This document shows positions 36,850 through 48,318 of a DNA stretch of 64,000 nucleotides, piece after piece. The DNA is from a virus. The stretch's first letter is position 1; each line of letters opens with the position of its first letter. The notes beneath the pieces were generated by a model. The model was given only the letters and a program-made list of their open reading frames with translations, made no database searches and was not told where the DNA came from. The translations under genes and the position numbers were made by a program. The stretch lies in IMG/VR virus record IMGVR_UViG_3300024239_000016, positions 49,678-113,677 of that record; one strand, written 5' to 3'.

Positions 36850-37380
36850 TTATTTCTTGAATATATCAACCGGGCTGTTGACCACGGTACCACCTTTGCT
36901 AACAACAAAGGCTTCCATTGAATCGATCATCCGCGATTTGGTCATGTGCTCACCAATAGCCAATTCACGCACACCGCCATCAGCGTTTGCATCATTCACC
37001 ATCACGTAGCGGACAGCTTCCTTGTCGTTTTCAAACTCATCGACATTGGCGACTAAATCATCCATGCTACTTGGTGTAACAAGATCCAGACGAGTAGCCC
37101 AGACATACGTTTTTGGTACCTCTGTGGTGTACTCGATCGAGTTTTCCGACAGAGCACCAATCAGCTGTTTGGCCAGATGTGAATCATTGGCTTGGGATTC
37201 GGTAGACGGAGCGCCCATCTTGCTCTCCCCTGTAACAGGATCATCGACCGCATAGATTTGGTTTAGTGCCTGAGTATAAATCTCGGACAATGGACCATTC
37301 ACGACGATTGGTTTTTCCTGTTCTGGCGGAGGAGAAGTATTAGGTAAACCAGCACTAACAATTTTGCTAAATATCCGCAT
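36850..37380 (-). CDS. putative head protein
   Basis: GPLSEIYTQALN motif and S-x-E (STES) potential prohead-protease cleavage site. Confidence 0.5.
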   Translation of the reverse strand: MRIFSKIVSAGLPNTSPPPEQEKPIVVNGPLSEIYTQALNQIYAVDDPVTGESKMGAPSTESQANDSHLAKQLIGALSENSIEYTTEVPKTYVWATRLDLVTPSSMDDLVANVDEFENDKEAVRYVMVNDANADGGVRELAIGEHMTKSRMIDSMEAFVVSKGGTVVNSPVDIFKK

Positions 37381-37530
37381 TTTGTTTCCAATCTCAGTAT
37401 CAAAAAAGAAGTCCCATGTACTCCATAGCTACCAGCAGGGAGGGGCTCGTATTTTTCTCGCTATCTCATACATGGGACCTAGAAAAAAGGCCGTTATCCG
37501 CTTAGGCCTTTAAGGAGATACTGAAACCTA

Positions 37531-38397
37531 TCAGACTTGCTGGTTGACCAGAGACTGAACGTTGTTACGCAGGCCGACATCAAGAGCATCGATGTTAGCT
37601 GCGATGCCAGTCATACCGGCAGCGCGACGTGCAGGATTGGCACCGACGATCGAAATGGTGTCCATGACCTGCTTCGCAAGTTGCTTGACGCCACTGCTAA
37701 CCTGCTGAGTCATCGTGAACGGAATATCGTAAACGATCTGCTCAAGACCATTGGTGATCTCACGACGGCCAATGATTTCGCCAGATGTCTTCGGCGTGAT
37801 GTTGAAACCAAGCCAGGCTTCGACCGGGTACTTATTGGTCGGATCGGGTTCGTACGCCAAGATCGTAGCAGCGTAGTTGTCCATCAGCGTGTCATCGACA
37901 TCCAGGCCTGCGGTGGTGATGAGCGGAGCACCGAAGTCAGGATCCATCAAGCAGTACTGAGTCCAGAACTTGTTGAATTCCACGATCGGCTTGCCGTAGC
38001 GTTCAGGAATACGAAGAACCGGATTGGAACGCTGACGAGTCGAATGACTGACCTGCTCAATGACTTCACCAGAACGGCCATACGGAGTTGACTCGTGTTC
38101 GAGATCAATCGTTTGGTTGAAGCCATCAATAGACAGCGGCAGGAGTTCGAACATTGCTTTCAGGACACCGTAGTAGTACTTCGGATTGTCCGTCTTCTTG
38201 AAGAACTCAGGTCCCTTCAAAACAATGACGTTCAGATTACGGCGCAGATGCAACTGAGAAGAGCACAGCTCGACATATGACGTAGCTTGACCCATCTGAC
38301 CACCACGGCGAGGATCCAGCATGGGTGCCAAGCGACCACCATCCCAGCCGTTTCCTTGACCATGATGCATGAGCGCATCGGTTAGGCGAGTTACCAT
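37531..38397 (-). CDS. tail tube / major virion protein (phiKZ gp30-like)
   Basis: 288 aa directly downstream of the sheath gene; GGQMG and ERYGKP motifs. Confidence 0.75.
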   Translation of the reverse strand: MVTRLTDALMHHGQGNGWDGGRLAPMLDPRRGGQMGQATSYVELCSSQLHLRRNLNVIVLKGPEFFKKTDNPKYYYGVLKAMFELLPLSIDGFNQTIDLEHESTPYGRSGEVIEQVSHSTRQRSNPVLRIPERYGKPIVEFNKFWTQYCLMDPDFGAPLITTAGLDVDDTLMDNYAATILAYEPDPTNKYPVEAWLGFNITPKTSGEIIGRREITNGLEQIVYDIPFTMTQQVSSGVKQLAKQVMDTISIVGANPARRAAGMTGIAANIDALDVGLRNNVQSLVNQQV

Positions 38398-38468
38398 TTT
38401 ATAAAATCTCCAAAACGGATTAAGTTAATAGGGAGAGCTTTCACTCTCCCTACCAAGCGGGGATGGAA

Positions 38469-40568
38469 TTAGTTCGAGCGACGTACCGCGCGAACATCCA
38501 GAGTCATGACGGTCCGTGCAGGATCGCCAGCAACAATCACCTGATTATGCCATGCATAACCAAGCAACCTGTCACGACCTTCGATGTTGGTTACAACTGA
38601 AGTATCGAAGATGCCGGCAAACTTGCGGTCCAGCAAACGCTCGTATTCCTTGGTCACTTCTTCCTTGAATTCGTCTGCAGTGAGTGTCACATTACCAGAG
38701 TAGGTAGCATGAACTCGAGCGCCGAGGTACTGAACTTCGGCACAGGCAAACGCCGCAAAGACGGAATTGAGGATGGAGGTATCGTCCGGATAGACGGTTT
38801 GCAGAGACGGCATGTACAGGCTACCGGCCTGATCCCATGCAGCGACCCAGTTCATGCCGTTGTTCCAATCAACAGCTTGGGCGCTACCTGGCACGAACGT
38901 AGCGTTCACATCAGTAAACAGCTTGATCATGTTGCGCGGATTGCGATCCGGAATGAACTCAGACTTCCAGCGACCATTACCAGCGCCCATCATCTGGGAG
39001 AACCAGTCCGCAACTTCAACGATGAGCGGAAGCTCGCCCTTGAAGACACTGTCGATCTTGGTACCGTGACGACCGATGATGAAGCAGCGGTTCGTTGAAG
39101 TACCGTGGAAGGTTGATTCAGGATACAGGCGAGCCAAGCTCTGAAGAACAAGAGCGCGCGATGATTCCTGAGATGCAGTCAGCCGAGGCTCACCAACCGT
39201 GTATGTCGTCAGACCAAGGACCAGGTCCTTTCGCGAGCCGATGAACGGAATGAGCTTCTTCTTGTTATCCATCGTGAACCCGGTGTCGTAGAAGACACGA
39301 ACCGGATACTTCAGGACTTCGGAGTACGGATGATTGGGATTGGCCCAGTTAGCAATTTCGCTAACCACAGCAGCTTCGTAGTTTTCCTGATTCATCTGAC
39401 CATCAGAACCACCGACCATGTAATGCTGAGATTCTTTCACCAGCAAAATGGAATCGGCATCTTCGGTATTGATCTGTACGGTCAAGTACGGAGCACCAGA
39501 CAGGCTGCGACCACTGATCATGTTCATCAGGTACGGCTTATCGGCTTTGCCAATCAGCTCCTCAGCAAAATGCTGATCGGACGACTGAGCTTGCTCAGCG
39601 GCCATCAATAGGCCCAGGATGGTGCGAACATTGTCGTCGTAGACATAGAAGTCTTCGAACTGACCATAGATCGGCGCCTCACCAGTTGTTTGAACCGGTT
39701 TGAACATTTTGAGGAAATCCTCACCGACGTAAACGTCCTGCTCAACACGACTGTTGTAGGAACCAGGCTTGAGAGTTAGCTCCAGCGAGTCTTCATTCCA
39801 GTTGGTCTTGACGTTCTTGCCAGTGGAATTGGCTGTTTCGCGGTAGAACTGAGCGATACGGAACGGGAAAGCCTCTGCCTTCGGGTCGCTCAGGAGAGCA
39901 ACGTCAGGAGTCAGCTCATCCATCTCGGTGTTTGCCCAGATGGAAATACCACGCGAGTTGCCATCTTCGCCCGGATCAGGCGGCAGGATGTCGAAAATCG
40001 GATAACGACGCGACTGCAGAGTCTCGCCATTTTGATCGATAGCCTGATTGCCATTGGACTGAGCCATACGACGGAAAGTCGTTAGGTTATTGCTATCCAG
40101 GGTGATCGGACCACTGACCCATTTCAGTTTGTAACCGGTACGAACAGCACCAGTCGGGATTTTTTCGCCCTGCTCAGTCAGAACAAAGAGACCTTGTTCA
40201 TCGCGTTGAAATTGCGGAACATCAAACGGACCAAGCAGATCAACGCTGATGCGCAGCGAGGCCATTGCGGCGCCAGGTGCGAAGAGACGCTCGATTGCCA
40301 TTGTGTTTGCGCGATGGGCAAAAACAGCATACAGCGGAGTCGCATGAGTGGCATACTTGCCATTTTCATAAAACGACTCATCGCCGTAAACAAGATTGGC
40401 ACGGTTCGGACTCATGAACTGCAAGCCACCCTTACCTTTCTTGGCGTATGTATAGATAACCGGCATGTGCTGCGGTCGCTCAGCTACAGCGACAGGAGCG
40501 GTCCGACCAGAGTCATCCTCGACTCCACGCAGAATTAACCGCGGTGAAGCATTGTCGTAGAGGTTCAT
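38469..40568 (-). CDS. tail sheath protein (phiKZ gp29-like)
   Basis: about 700 aa; GGSDG, YDTGF and YPES..HGT motifs; GGAG RBS. Confidence 0.85.
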   Translation of the reverse strand: MNLYDNASPRLILRGVEDDSGRTAPVAVAERPQHMPVIYTYAKKGKGGLQFMSPNRANLVYGDESFYENGKYATHATPLYAVFAHRANTMAIERLFAPGAAMASLRISVDLLGPFDVPQFQRDEQGLFVLTEQGEKIPTGAVRTGYKLKWVSGPITLDSNNLTTFRRMAQSNGNQAIDQNGETLQSRRYPIFDILPPDPGEDGNSRGISIWANTEMDELTPDVALLSDPKAEAFPFRIAQFYRETANSTGKNVKTNWNEDSLELTLKPGSYNSRVEQDVYVGEDFLKMFKPVQTTGEAPIYGQFEDFYVYDDNVRTILGLLMAAEQAQSSDQHFAEELIGKADKPYLMNMISGRSLSGAPYLTVQINTEDADSILLVKESQHYMVGGSDGQMNQENYEAAVVSEIANWANPNHPYSEVLKYPVRVFYDTGFTMDNKKKLIPFIGSRKDLVLGLTTYTVGEPRLTASQESSRALVLQSLARLYPESTFHGTSTNRCFIIGRHGTKIDSVFKGELPLIVEVADWFSQMMGAGNGRWKSEFIPDRNPRNMIKLFTDVNATFVPGSAQAVDWNNGMNWVAAWDQAGSLYMPSLQTVYPDDTSILNSVFAAFACAEVQYLGARVHATYSGNVTLTADEFKEEVTKEYERLLDRKFAGIFDTSVVTNIEGRDRLLGYAWHNQVIVAGDPARTVMTLDVRAVRRSN

Positions 40569-40836
40569 TATTAAAATCTCCTGGATCAAAAGAAAACAAT
40601 TAATCGACGTAGCATAAATGACTTAAGACGTCTAGCTAGGTCACATCCTAAATTACTAAGCTACAGCCCCAAAGAATTGTATGGTAAAGCGATGAAACTC
40701 CTTACAGGCTGCTCACCGATCAATTGTTGATTACGATCATCAACTAACCTATATTACGGCTCGTTGAATGCTCATATCAGTTAGTTTGGAATGGCCTGAT
40801 TAGGGTGATTTAAAAATTTAATTTTGGAGTCAAAAC

Positions 40837-41796
40837 ATGTCAGTTTTTCAATCCGCATATCACACCGAAGCCATGGCCGGGCATGAAACCAAGATCAAAC
40901 GCCTGACCGATAAGCTGCAACAGCTGCGCATGAACGACTACATCACTCCCCTCACCAAGGAGCTAGTCGAAAAGGCCGGCTCCTTAGAGATGAGCGATAA
41001 CCTCAATTTGGGAGTGATTCGCCTGATCGTTGGAACTGCAAATGAGAGCAGTATCGAAAGCTTCGATCAGCCAGTCATTCTGTTTACGAGCGCAGGCGAA
41101 GTCGCAGCAGTGGTAATTGATGTTCGTCCTTTCATCAAACACACGAACTCAGTCGGTGAGTGGGTCATTCGCGTTCCTTACGAATTCAATTTTGCTGTTC
41201 TTCGTGCTACGCTCGCATACCTTTGGGCGAGTGGCGATCAGCGGCACATCCAGTCGCTTTCTCGTCTACCTTGCATGCTCTTTGCACGATGGATCGCTGA
41301 TAGCATTTCTCGCCGCTTCGGCCTCAACCCCGAAACTCAAATGAAGATCGCTGTAGTTGCAGCTATCCATTACATCAAACTTTTCAGCGATGACGATATC
41401 GCCACTGTGGATAAAGTCCGCACAATCGGCATCATCGCAGCAGCCACTGACATGAGCTCGTCGAATATCGAAACGATCATGCAACAGATCGATGGCACAG
41501 GAACTTCTCTAGAAGATCTGTCTGAAAACATCATCAATGTAGCAGACACTCCGCGTTTGGAAGGCTTCAATAAAGACATCCTTCTTACGGCAGTAACTGG
41601 TGTTTGGTATGGCGCTAACGGTCGGACTGTAGCGGCCGTAGCTCTGCAATATCCTCCAGTATGGATCTCTATGCTGCTGGCTGCATCTATTATCCGTGGT
41701 TTTGCACAAAGTGGCATTGCAAAACTCTTTTATAAAACAGAGAATAAAGAAGTCGCGCAACTGCTAGCTTCCGTCTTTGGCCTACTGCGTGAATGA
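40837..41796 (+). CDS. conserved virion protein (phiKZ gp28-like)
   Basis: divergent from the sheath gene; synteny. Confidence 0.6.
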   Translation: MSVFQSAYHTEAMAGHETKIKRLTDKLQQLRMNDYITPLTKELVEKAGSLEMSDNLNLGVIRLIVGTANESSIESFDQPVILFTSAGEVAAVVIDVRPFIKHTNSVGEWVIRVPYEFNFAVLRATLAYLWASGDQRHIQSLSRLPCMLFARWIADSISRRFGLNPETQMKIAVVAAIHYIKLFSDDDIATVDKVRTIGIIAAATDMSSSNIETIMQQIDGTGTSLEDLSENIINVADTPRLEGFNKDILLTAVTGVWYGANGRTVAAVALQYPPVWISMLLAASIIRGFAQSGIAKLFYKTENKEVAQLLASVFGLLRE

Positions 41797-41805
41797 GGAA
41801 CAAAT

Positions 41806-44358
41806 ATGCTCGAGAATTTTCTCCAGGCGCACGTCAGAAAGAATCTCTGGTGTAGCCCAGCTCAGGATAAGCAAGCGATCTTCAGCCCAGCCAGACTATC
41901 GATGTTTCCTGGAGATCTGAGCTATTTTTACCTGAACTACAAAAAGTACGATTTACCTGATCAGTCGAATCGTTATTTTGTTTACATGATTGGCAAGCTG
42001 CATGCTGATCGTCTTGGTATCGCTCCAGTTACTGGTTCTTGGAAGAAGCTTAGCGATGCCTGTAACGAACAGCAGATGATCATTCATGTCTACACGACAA
42101 ATGGTGTATCGTATCCGCTCCATCGTTGCTTCTACCGGTACAACTCCGATGGTAACTTGTTATTTGCAATTCCCAGCATTTCAAAATTTGGTATCAATCT
42201 AGAGGTAGAGCCGATCTACATCAAGTTTTATACCAATGCCTATTTCTTCACCGATGAGAGTAGTTCCATCCCTGACGAGATAAAAGTAATTGGTCAGACA
42301 GCCGGCGATATCAATGACATTGTTGCTTTTCAGAATGCAACCGATCCTTACAGGAATAATGCACTTGGTAAAGCGGTGTTTTATGTTAACGGATATCGCG
42401 TTGATCGCGTGCATCCTGGGAACGCTAAGTCCGGTGATTCGATCGAGATGGTCTACGACGGTACTGTTCGGACAGAGTTTGTAGTTCCGATATCTGAACT
42501 GAAAGATTTTGTCAGCATCGTCGATAATGAACCAAAGTACCTGGTGATGAATCCAGAACGTCGTGAGATGATCGATTACGTGGATGACTTGGAATTCTAC
42601 ATTTCATCGCACATCGATATTCGTCGGGCTGTCTATTACCATAAGAACATGGGTAACCCGAGATCAGCGCGGATGGTGACGCATCAGGATTATTCGATCC
42701 GTGTAGCATCTGTGCTGAGCCTGTGCCAGGCGCTGGGTATCGAAAACGCAGCTGATGCTTTTCTTACGGTAGTGATTCGTAAGGGCGGCTATGTGCGCGA
42801 TCTGAAGACAAACGCCAATCGGACACACGAGTTATTTAAGCTACCGTTTGCTAAACGAATGGCAGCGATGGTTGGTGTAGAGTCAACGGTCGATGTTTGG
42901 CGCGCTGCAAATCTTGAAGCATCTGCTTACACTGAGGTGATGGGCTTGCTACGAATGCCTGTTTCCCTTCAGCTCACAGAGGATGCACTCGGATACAACA
43001 GTATATCCACTATTCTCGGCGAAAGCCCGCTTACGCCATTCCTCCAAAGCGGAATCAAGAGTGTGCATCTTCCGTATGGTTTGGTAGATCGCGCTACGGT
43101 TTACAACTATGACATCAATGGTAAGCTGATCAATCACTCAGTTCATCATGGATTAGGGGAAGATGTTGTAGTCCCAGCCAATACAGATTTAGTTCAAGCT
43201 TTCAGCGGCATTGCCGACACCATGTTTGACGATCAGTACGGTCAGACATTTGTTATTCAGCCGTTCAACGAGTATCGTTTTTATAAAGCCAAGAAAGTCG
43301 GCGATGAAAGCAAGCTTGTTTGGGAAGATGTAACAGGCAGTAATGATTATCTGGCTGGCCCTACCGGTGGTGCTTGGAACATTGATCTGAGTCAGTATTC
43401 TGTTATCGTCAGAAGCGATGCTAAATTTGTGCATCGTGAGATTCAGCACAGTTCTTTATTTGGCACAATTGAAGTCTTGCTAAATGAAGTTGAGGGCAAT
43501 CTGCAGACAAGAATGCAGGTACCACCAGGTACCGTAGATGTTTTCTTGAACGATTACCTATTGACAAAGAACATCGATTACCGTTACACATTCCCTCGTG
43601 TCACGGTTCTGAACAAGAAGCATCTGATCAATCCTGGTGTAGCTACGCAAAAGATAACAATTCGCTGCATGGCTTTCCCGAGAAAAGATCTAACGAGCGA
43701 ATCTCTGGAAGATATCGGATTCATTGTCGCTGGTCGCTTGTCAAATAACAGCCGCTACGATCTTCGCGATGATAAAGTGCAGCAAATCGTAATTGGTGGC
43801 TGCGTTCACCGCGTAAATGAGATTCCATTTGCTGAGAATCTGGAATTTTCACCGTATCTGGACTCTATGAACGGCACGCCGTATCATGTAAAAGATATCA
43901 TTGTTCCAACTCGTGGTCTGACCGTTAGTAATACTGTCGATTTACGTGATCGGAGTTTGATCGTCGATAAACAGATTAGCAACTACATGTCTGTTAAGTT
44001 ACCGGATAATCTTGGGGATGAGTTTTACACGATCCCTGATAAATATCCTGTCGTTTCCCCATTCTTTGCTCGAATGACAGTTATCGCTAAGGCGGGCATC
44101 ATTCCTCGCGAGGACATCAGCGGACACCTTACTGATGAGCGGGTCATCGAACTATGTAATCCATACGTGGAATTTCTCGAACACGATCCAACTCAAGCTG
44201 GTAAAGAGATTGACGATCGTTTTGTTATTGTGATTCCGCACATGTACGATTACGTAGTCGATCTTACACCGGAGCAATATCGTTTCCTCAGTCGAGTCAA
44301 TAAGCTGATTTGTAACAGCGTGCTTGATATGAGTCACTTTTACACCATTTCCTCCTAG
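41806..44358 (+). CDS. virion structural/baseplate protein (phiKZ gp27-like)
   Basis: N-terminal WCSP.QD.Q, MVTHQDYS and RDDKV motifs; 850 aa. Confidence 0.75.
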   Translation: MLENFLQAHVRKNLWCSPAQDKQAIFSPARLSMFPGDLSYFYLNYKKYDLPDQSNRYFVYMIGKLHADRLGIAPVTGSWKKLSDACNEQQMIIHVYTTNGVSYPLHRCFYRYNSDGNLLFAIPSISKFGINLEVEPIYIKFYTNAYFFTDESSSIPDEIKVIGQTAGDINDIVAFQNATDPYRNNALGKAVFYVNGYRVDRVHPGNAKSGDSIEMVYDGTVRTEFVVPISELKDFVSIVDNEPKYLVMNPERREMIDYVDDLEFYISSHIDIRRAVYYHKNMGNPRSARMVTHQDYSIRVASVLSLCQALGIENAADAFLTVVIRKGGYVRDLKTNANRTHELFKLPFAKRMAAMVGVESTVDVWRAANLEASAYTEVMGLLRMPVSLQLTEDALGYNSISTILGESPLTPFLQSGIKSVHLPYGLVDRATVYNYDINGKLINHSVHHGLGEDVVVPANTDLVQAFSGIADTMFDDQYGQTFVIQPFNEYRFYKAKKVGDESKLVWEDVTGSNDYLAGPTGGAWNIDLSQYSVIVRSDAKFVHREIQHSSLFGTIEVLLNEVEGNLQTRMQVPPGTVDVFLNDYLLTKNIDYRYTFPRVTVLNKKHLINPGVATQKITIRCMAFPRKDLTSESLEDIGFIVAGRLSNNSRYDLRDDKVQQIVIGGCVHRVNEIPFAENLEFSPYLDSMNGTPYHVKDIIVPTRGLTVSNTVDLRDRSLIVDKQISNYMSVKLPDNLGDEFYTIPDKYPVVSPFFARMTVIAKAGIIPREDISGHLTDERVIELCNPYVEFLEHDPTQAGKEIDDRFVIVIPHMYDYVVDLTPEQYRFLSRVNKLICNSVLDMSHFYTISS

Positions 44359-44369
44359 GGAGAAAATCA

Positions 44370-46082
44370 ATGGCAGACAATAACGAACAGAGCGTGGATC
44401 CGGGTGTCGTCGGCACTGATGGATTCCCGCCTGTTTACCAGCCCCATCGTCGCTTCACTACGTTCCGTGAAGAAGAGCTGTTCATGGGACTAGCTGGTAA
44501 TAAAAAATACGTTGGCAACGTGGGTGATATCGTCTACTCTGTTGTCGGTAATCGGATCTATCACAAAGAGATTGTTTACGTTGATGAATCCACAAAGATT
44601 CCGACGTTACGCAAGCTCGAAGAGCCAGACGAAGACACGACGCTCACAGATGAAGAGCTTCTCCTTGGTCGTGGCCCCGGCACCGATTCGGATACGTACC
44701 GGATCTTCATTGACAAATCAGTTCGTCCTTTCTATGCAGCAATCGATGCTCGGTTGGACATCCGTGGCAGCATGGCTAGCATTGGCCGTCTGTACAAAGG
44801 CGCTGATGTCTATGACGAAACTGGTCGTATCAGTCTCCTCTATGATGCCAGCGGTAACTTCTTAGGGAACGATATCCCTTTGCAGTTAGTGGATCGCCAA
44901 GATAATGTGGCGGTGAAAATCATGCCGCCGTTCAATACGTTGGCTGATCTGGACGATGGTGAGCGAGTCACTGCCCTTTTCCTGAGCGACGAAGGCGGAA
45001 TGATCTCTACCCGGCAGCTGACAGTTGTTAACTCTGGATTCATTTTCAAGAGCGATCGCCATCTCCGCTATGTAACAGGCATTTCGTTGCGCACGGACTA
45101 TTTGTCCTCATCTGACCCAAGCATCATCGATTTCCCAATCGGAACCACTCAACTCAGTATGAACTTACGAGGTGTGGTGCATTACTCGAATGGCGATGAA
45201 GTCGAGATGCCAGTAGATGGTACGAAGTTTGAGTTCATCGGACTGGATAACTTTCTGGCTACCTCACCAGGTAAGCGGTTCAAGGGTTTCCTGAAATACA
45301 AGCTCTCGGATGAAGAGGTTCATTTTGGCGGAAGCGTAGTTGGTGCTGAGCGTTTCTTCCAGAGCGAATACACTATCCGCACTCTTGTTCAGGATGGAGC
45401 ATATTCGGTTAAGTTGTTCGCATATCCGAATTGGATCGATCAGACCAACGGCTATCGGATGGAATATTTCCTGATGAACCTAGATCGCAGCATTTGTCAG
45501 CGCGTTACACCTCATGTGCGCCTTGGCGAAAACTCACCTGCATTCGAGCCATTGTCACTGGGCATCAAGCAGAATCTGAATGTACAGCTGGACCTCAACA
45601 AGGCCTTGCCGTCATTCAAGAGCCATCTGCACGCACAGGTCATTGGCATCTCTCTCATTACTGCTGGTGGTGAGTCAGGTACTAACTGGCGCGTTGAGTA
45701 CGAGCCTGGTCAGAATCCTCAGTTTGGAACTGGTAACTATGGAGAGATGGTCTTCATTAATGCCAATCTGAAACGAGTGAAGCTCGATATGGGTCTCACA
45801 GAGCAGAGCGAATGGCTGGAACGACTCTATCGTACCAGCAAGCCTCTGATGAATGTGGTCACTGAAGCCGACGCTCCATCGCCCACTCATTTTGCCATCA
45901 TCACCAATGCATTCAGGACGGAGCATCTTCTGAGCGAATGGCGCGATGTGTTTGATCTTGGCCAGGAGATCTACCATGGCCACACCCTGTACGTTGAGTT
46001 CTTCCGGCGTACGGTAAACAACGATCTGCACTTAGCGATTGCTGGTATCCCTCTGCGGCAAGTAGCCGCTTTTACCTCATAA
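44370..46082 (+). CDS. virion structural protein (phiKZ gp26-like)
   Basis: GTDG.PP.Y.P, PVDGTKF and YSVKLF.YP.W motifs; synteny before terminase. Confidence 0.7.
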   Translation: MADNNEQSVDPGVVGTDGFPPVYQPHRRFTTFREEELFMGLAGNKKYVGNVGDIVYSVVGNRIYHKEIVYVDESTKIPTLRKLEEPDEDTTLTDEELLLGRGPGTDSDTYRIFIDKSVRPFYAAIDARLDIRGSMASIGRLYKGADVYDETGRISLLYDASGNFLGNDIPLQLVDRQDNVAVKIMPPFNTLADLDDGERVTALFLSDEGGMISTRQLTVVNSGFIFKSDRHLRYVTGISLRTDYLSSSDPSIIDFPIGTTQLSMNLRGVVHYSNGDEVEMPVDGTKFEFIGLDNFLATSPGKRFKGFLKYKLSDEEVHFGGSVVGAERFFQSEYTIRTLVQDGAYSVKLFAYPNWIDQTNGYRMEYFLMNLDRSICQRVTPHVRLGENSPAFEPLSLGIKQNLNVQLDLNKALPSFKSHLHAQVIGISLITAGGESGTNWRVEYEPGQNPQFGTGNYGEMVFINANLKRVKLDMGLTEQSEWLERLYRTSKPLMNVVTEADAPSPTHFAIITNAFRTEHLLSEWRDVFDLGQEIYHGHTLYVEFFRRTVNNDLHLAIAGIPLRQVAAFTS

Positions 46083-46172
46083 GTAAGCATATATTCCTAC
46101 CGCCAATGGCGGTAGGAATATCTATTTTTGGTTGATAGAATGACTATAAATAAATAATGGAGCTAGTCCGCG

Positions 46173-48314
46173 ATGATTCTTTTTTTAGAAGATTGGGGAC
46201 GTTACCCTACAGCCTTACCTGATTTCGATACGCCGAACAGATCTTTTGTTGAGCTGTGTGCTAAGTACAAGCTCATGGGAGTTAAAAATCATTTATTCCC
46301 TTTGGCGCTAGTAAATCAGAAACTAAAGGGAGTGGATCCTTTCTCTGAGCAAGTCTTACAGTCCAGAGAGTTAATGGACATGATTGCTCTAGAGTGCCGT
46401 ATTAATCCATGGTACTATTTCCGCGAATGTATGCGAGTACCAGGTCAAGCTGGTCAGGCTCCTATTCATCTGAGAGCCAATCGCGGCAACATTGCATTAT
46501 TTTGGGCATTCTTTAATCACGCTCTTTTCTTATTGATGCAAATTCGTCAGACTGGTAAGAGTTTGAATCTTGACGGATTAAATGTTGGTTTGTTGAATAT
46601 CTGGTGTAATAAATCCACGATTGGTCTTCTGACAAAAGACGAAGGTCTAAGAGCGCGCAATATTCAGCGTCTCAAAGACATCATGGATGAACTACCTCCG
46701 TATCTGGATCGTCGTCAAAAAGGCGATGCGAACAATACAGAAGAAATCACCATCAATGCACTGGGTAATCGTTTAAAAGCTTTCTTACCACAGATGAGTC
46801 CAAAGATGGCGCTCAACTCTGGTCGCGGTTACACAATGGAAATCTTCGAGAATGACGAAGGTCCATTCCAACCAAATTGCCACATCAGTATTCCAGCAGC
46901 TCTAGCTGCAGGCGGCGCTGCTCGTGAAATGGCCGAAGCAGCTGGCGCTCCATATGGGACTATCTTCACCACAACCGCTGGTGTAAAGAGCACTAAAGAA
47001 GGGGCGTATATCTACAACCTCTTCCAATCAGCAGCTCCATGGACGGAGTCGTTCCTGGATTGTAAGAATAATGCTGATCTTAGAAATGTCGTTGGTAAAG
47101 CAGCAGGTGGTGAGTTCCGAATCGCTGGTGTATTCAACCACACAATGCTGGGCTACAATGATGAATGGTTGCGTAAGCGAATATCTGAAGCTCTAGCTGA
47201 AGGCGAAAATGCAGCCGCAGACTTCTTGAACAGATGGGCGGATAGTAGCGGTGATAATCCAATCCCAAAAGAATATCTGGATCTGATTGAAGGATCTAGA
47301 AAAGAAGTCAAGTTTACGGAATTCAATTCAGAGGGATACACAATCCGCTGGTATGTAGATTCCGATGTCGTTTATAACGTCTTACCAGATCGAGGATTCA
47401 TCATCAGTATGGATACCTCCAGCGCGTCTGGTCGTGACGATATAGCTATCACTTTTATGGATCCAGAGGATCTCGGTATTCTTGGTGTTGCTACTATCTC
47501 AGAAACAAGTTTGTTTATGTTTAGTATCTGGGTCGGTAAGCTACTACTTAGATTTAGAAGATCAGTCTTGATGATTGAATACAAGAGCAGCGGCGTAGCT
47601 ATTGTGGATTATCTATGCGACTATCTGCCCGCTAAGGGCCAGGATCCATTTAAGCGTCTGTTTAATCGAGCAATCAACGAACCAGAAGCTGACTCGGTGC
47701 GAACGGAAGAAATTCGCAAGCCTTTAAATAGACGTAGAAGCGATGTATATGTCAAATACAAGAATACCTTTGGTTTCAACACCTCAGGTACCGGCCTAAC
47801 CAGTCGTAAAGATCTGTACTCAACCACATTGATGGATGGTCTGAAGAAAGCAGCTAGTCGTATCTTCGATGCGCAGCTTATCGATCAATTCCATACATTG
47901 AAAACCATCAATAACAGAACAGATCACGCTCAGGGTAAGAAAGACGATATCGTCATTAGTTGGCTTTTGTCAATTTGGATGCTAACGAACGGTCGGAATT
48001 TGGTAGAGTATGGTTTAGATGTTACAAAGATAATGTCGAGACTGACTAGCGTTCTTCCAGATACCGCATCGCCACATGAGCGCAGAGAGGCAGCTTTACA
48101 GAAGAGGATTCGCGATAGGATCTATGAGCTCTATGAGACCATGGTCAGAGAAACAAATCAGCTAATCCTCAGGAAGTATGAAATCGAGCTGCGTCAACTT
48201 GAGAGTAAATTAATTCTCGGTAATGAGGAATTCTTCAATATCGATTCTTTCTTACAAAGAGTTGGTGAAGAACGTAAACGTAACGCCCGCAACAATCGAC
48301 TTAACCACAGGTGA
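46173..48314 (+). CDS. terL: terminase large subunit (phiKZ gp25-like)
   Basis: NPWYYFRE, Walker A RQTGKS, TTTAG, nuclease MDTS and DH...KDD motifs. Confidence 0.9.
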   Translation: MILFLEDWGRYPTALPDFDTPNRSFVELCAKYKLMGVKNHLFPLALVNQKLKGVDPFSEQVLQSRELMDMIALECRINPWYYFRECMRVPGQAGQAPIHLRANRGNIALFWAFFNHALFLLMQIRQTGKSLNLDGLNVGLLNIWCNKSTIGLLTKDEGLRARNIQRLKDIMDELPPYLDRRQKGDANNTEEITINALGNRLKAFLPQMSPKMALNSGRGYTMEIFENDEGPFQPNCHISIPAALAAGGAAREMAEAAGAPYGTIFTTTAGVKSTKEGAYIYNLFQSAAPWTESFLDCKNNADLRNVVGKAAGGEFRIAGVFNHTMLGYNDEWLRKRISEALAEGENAAADFLNRWADSSGDNPIPKEYLDLIEGSRKEVKFTEFNSEGYTIRWYVDSDVVYNVLPDRGFIISMDTSSASGRDDIAITFMDPEDLGILGVATISETSLFMFSIWVGKLLLRFRRSVLMIEYKSSGVAIVDYLCDYLPAKGQDPFKRLFNRAINEPEADSVRTEEIRKPLNRRRSDVYVKYKNTFGFNTSGTGLTSRKDLYSTTLMDGLKKAASRIFDAQLIDQFHTLKTINNRTDHAQGKKDDIVISWLLSIWMLTNGRNLVEYGLDVTKIMSRLTSVLPDTASPHERREAALQKRIRDRIYELYETMVRETNQLILRKYEIELRQLESKLILGNEEFFNIDSFLQRVGEERKRNARNNRLNHR

Positions 48315-48318
48315 TCCC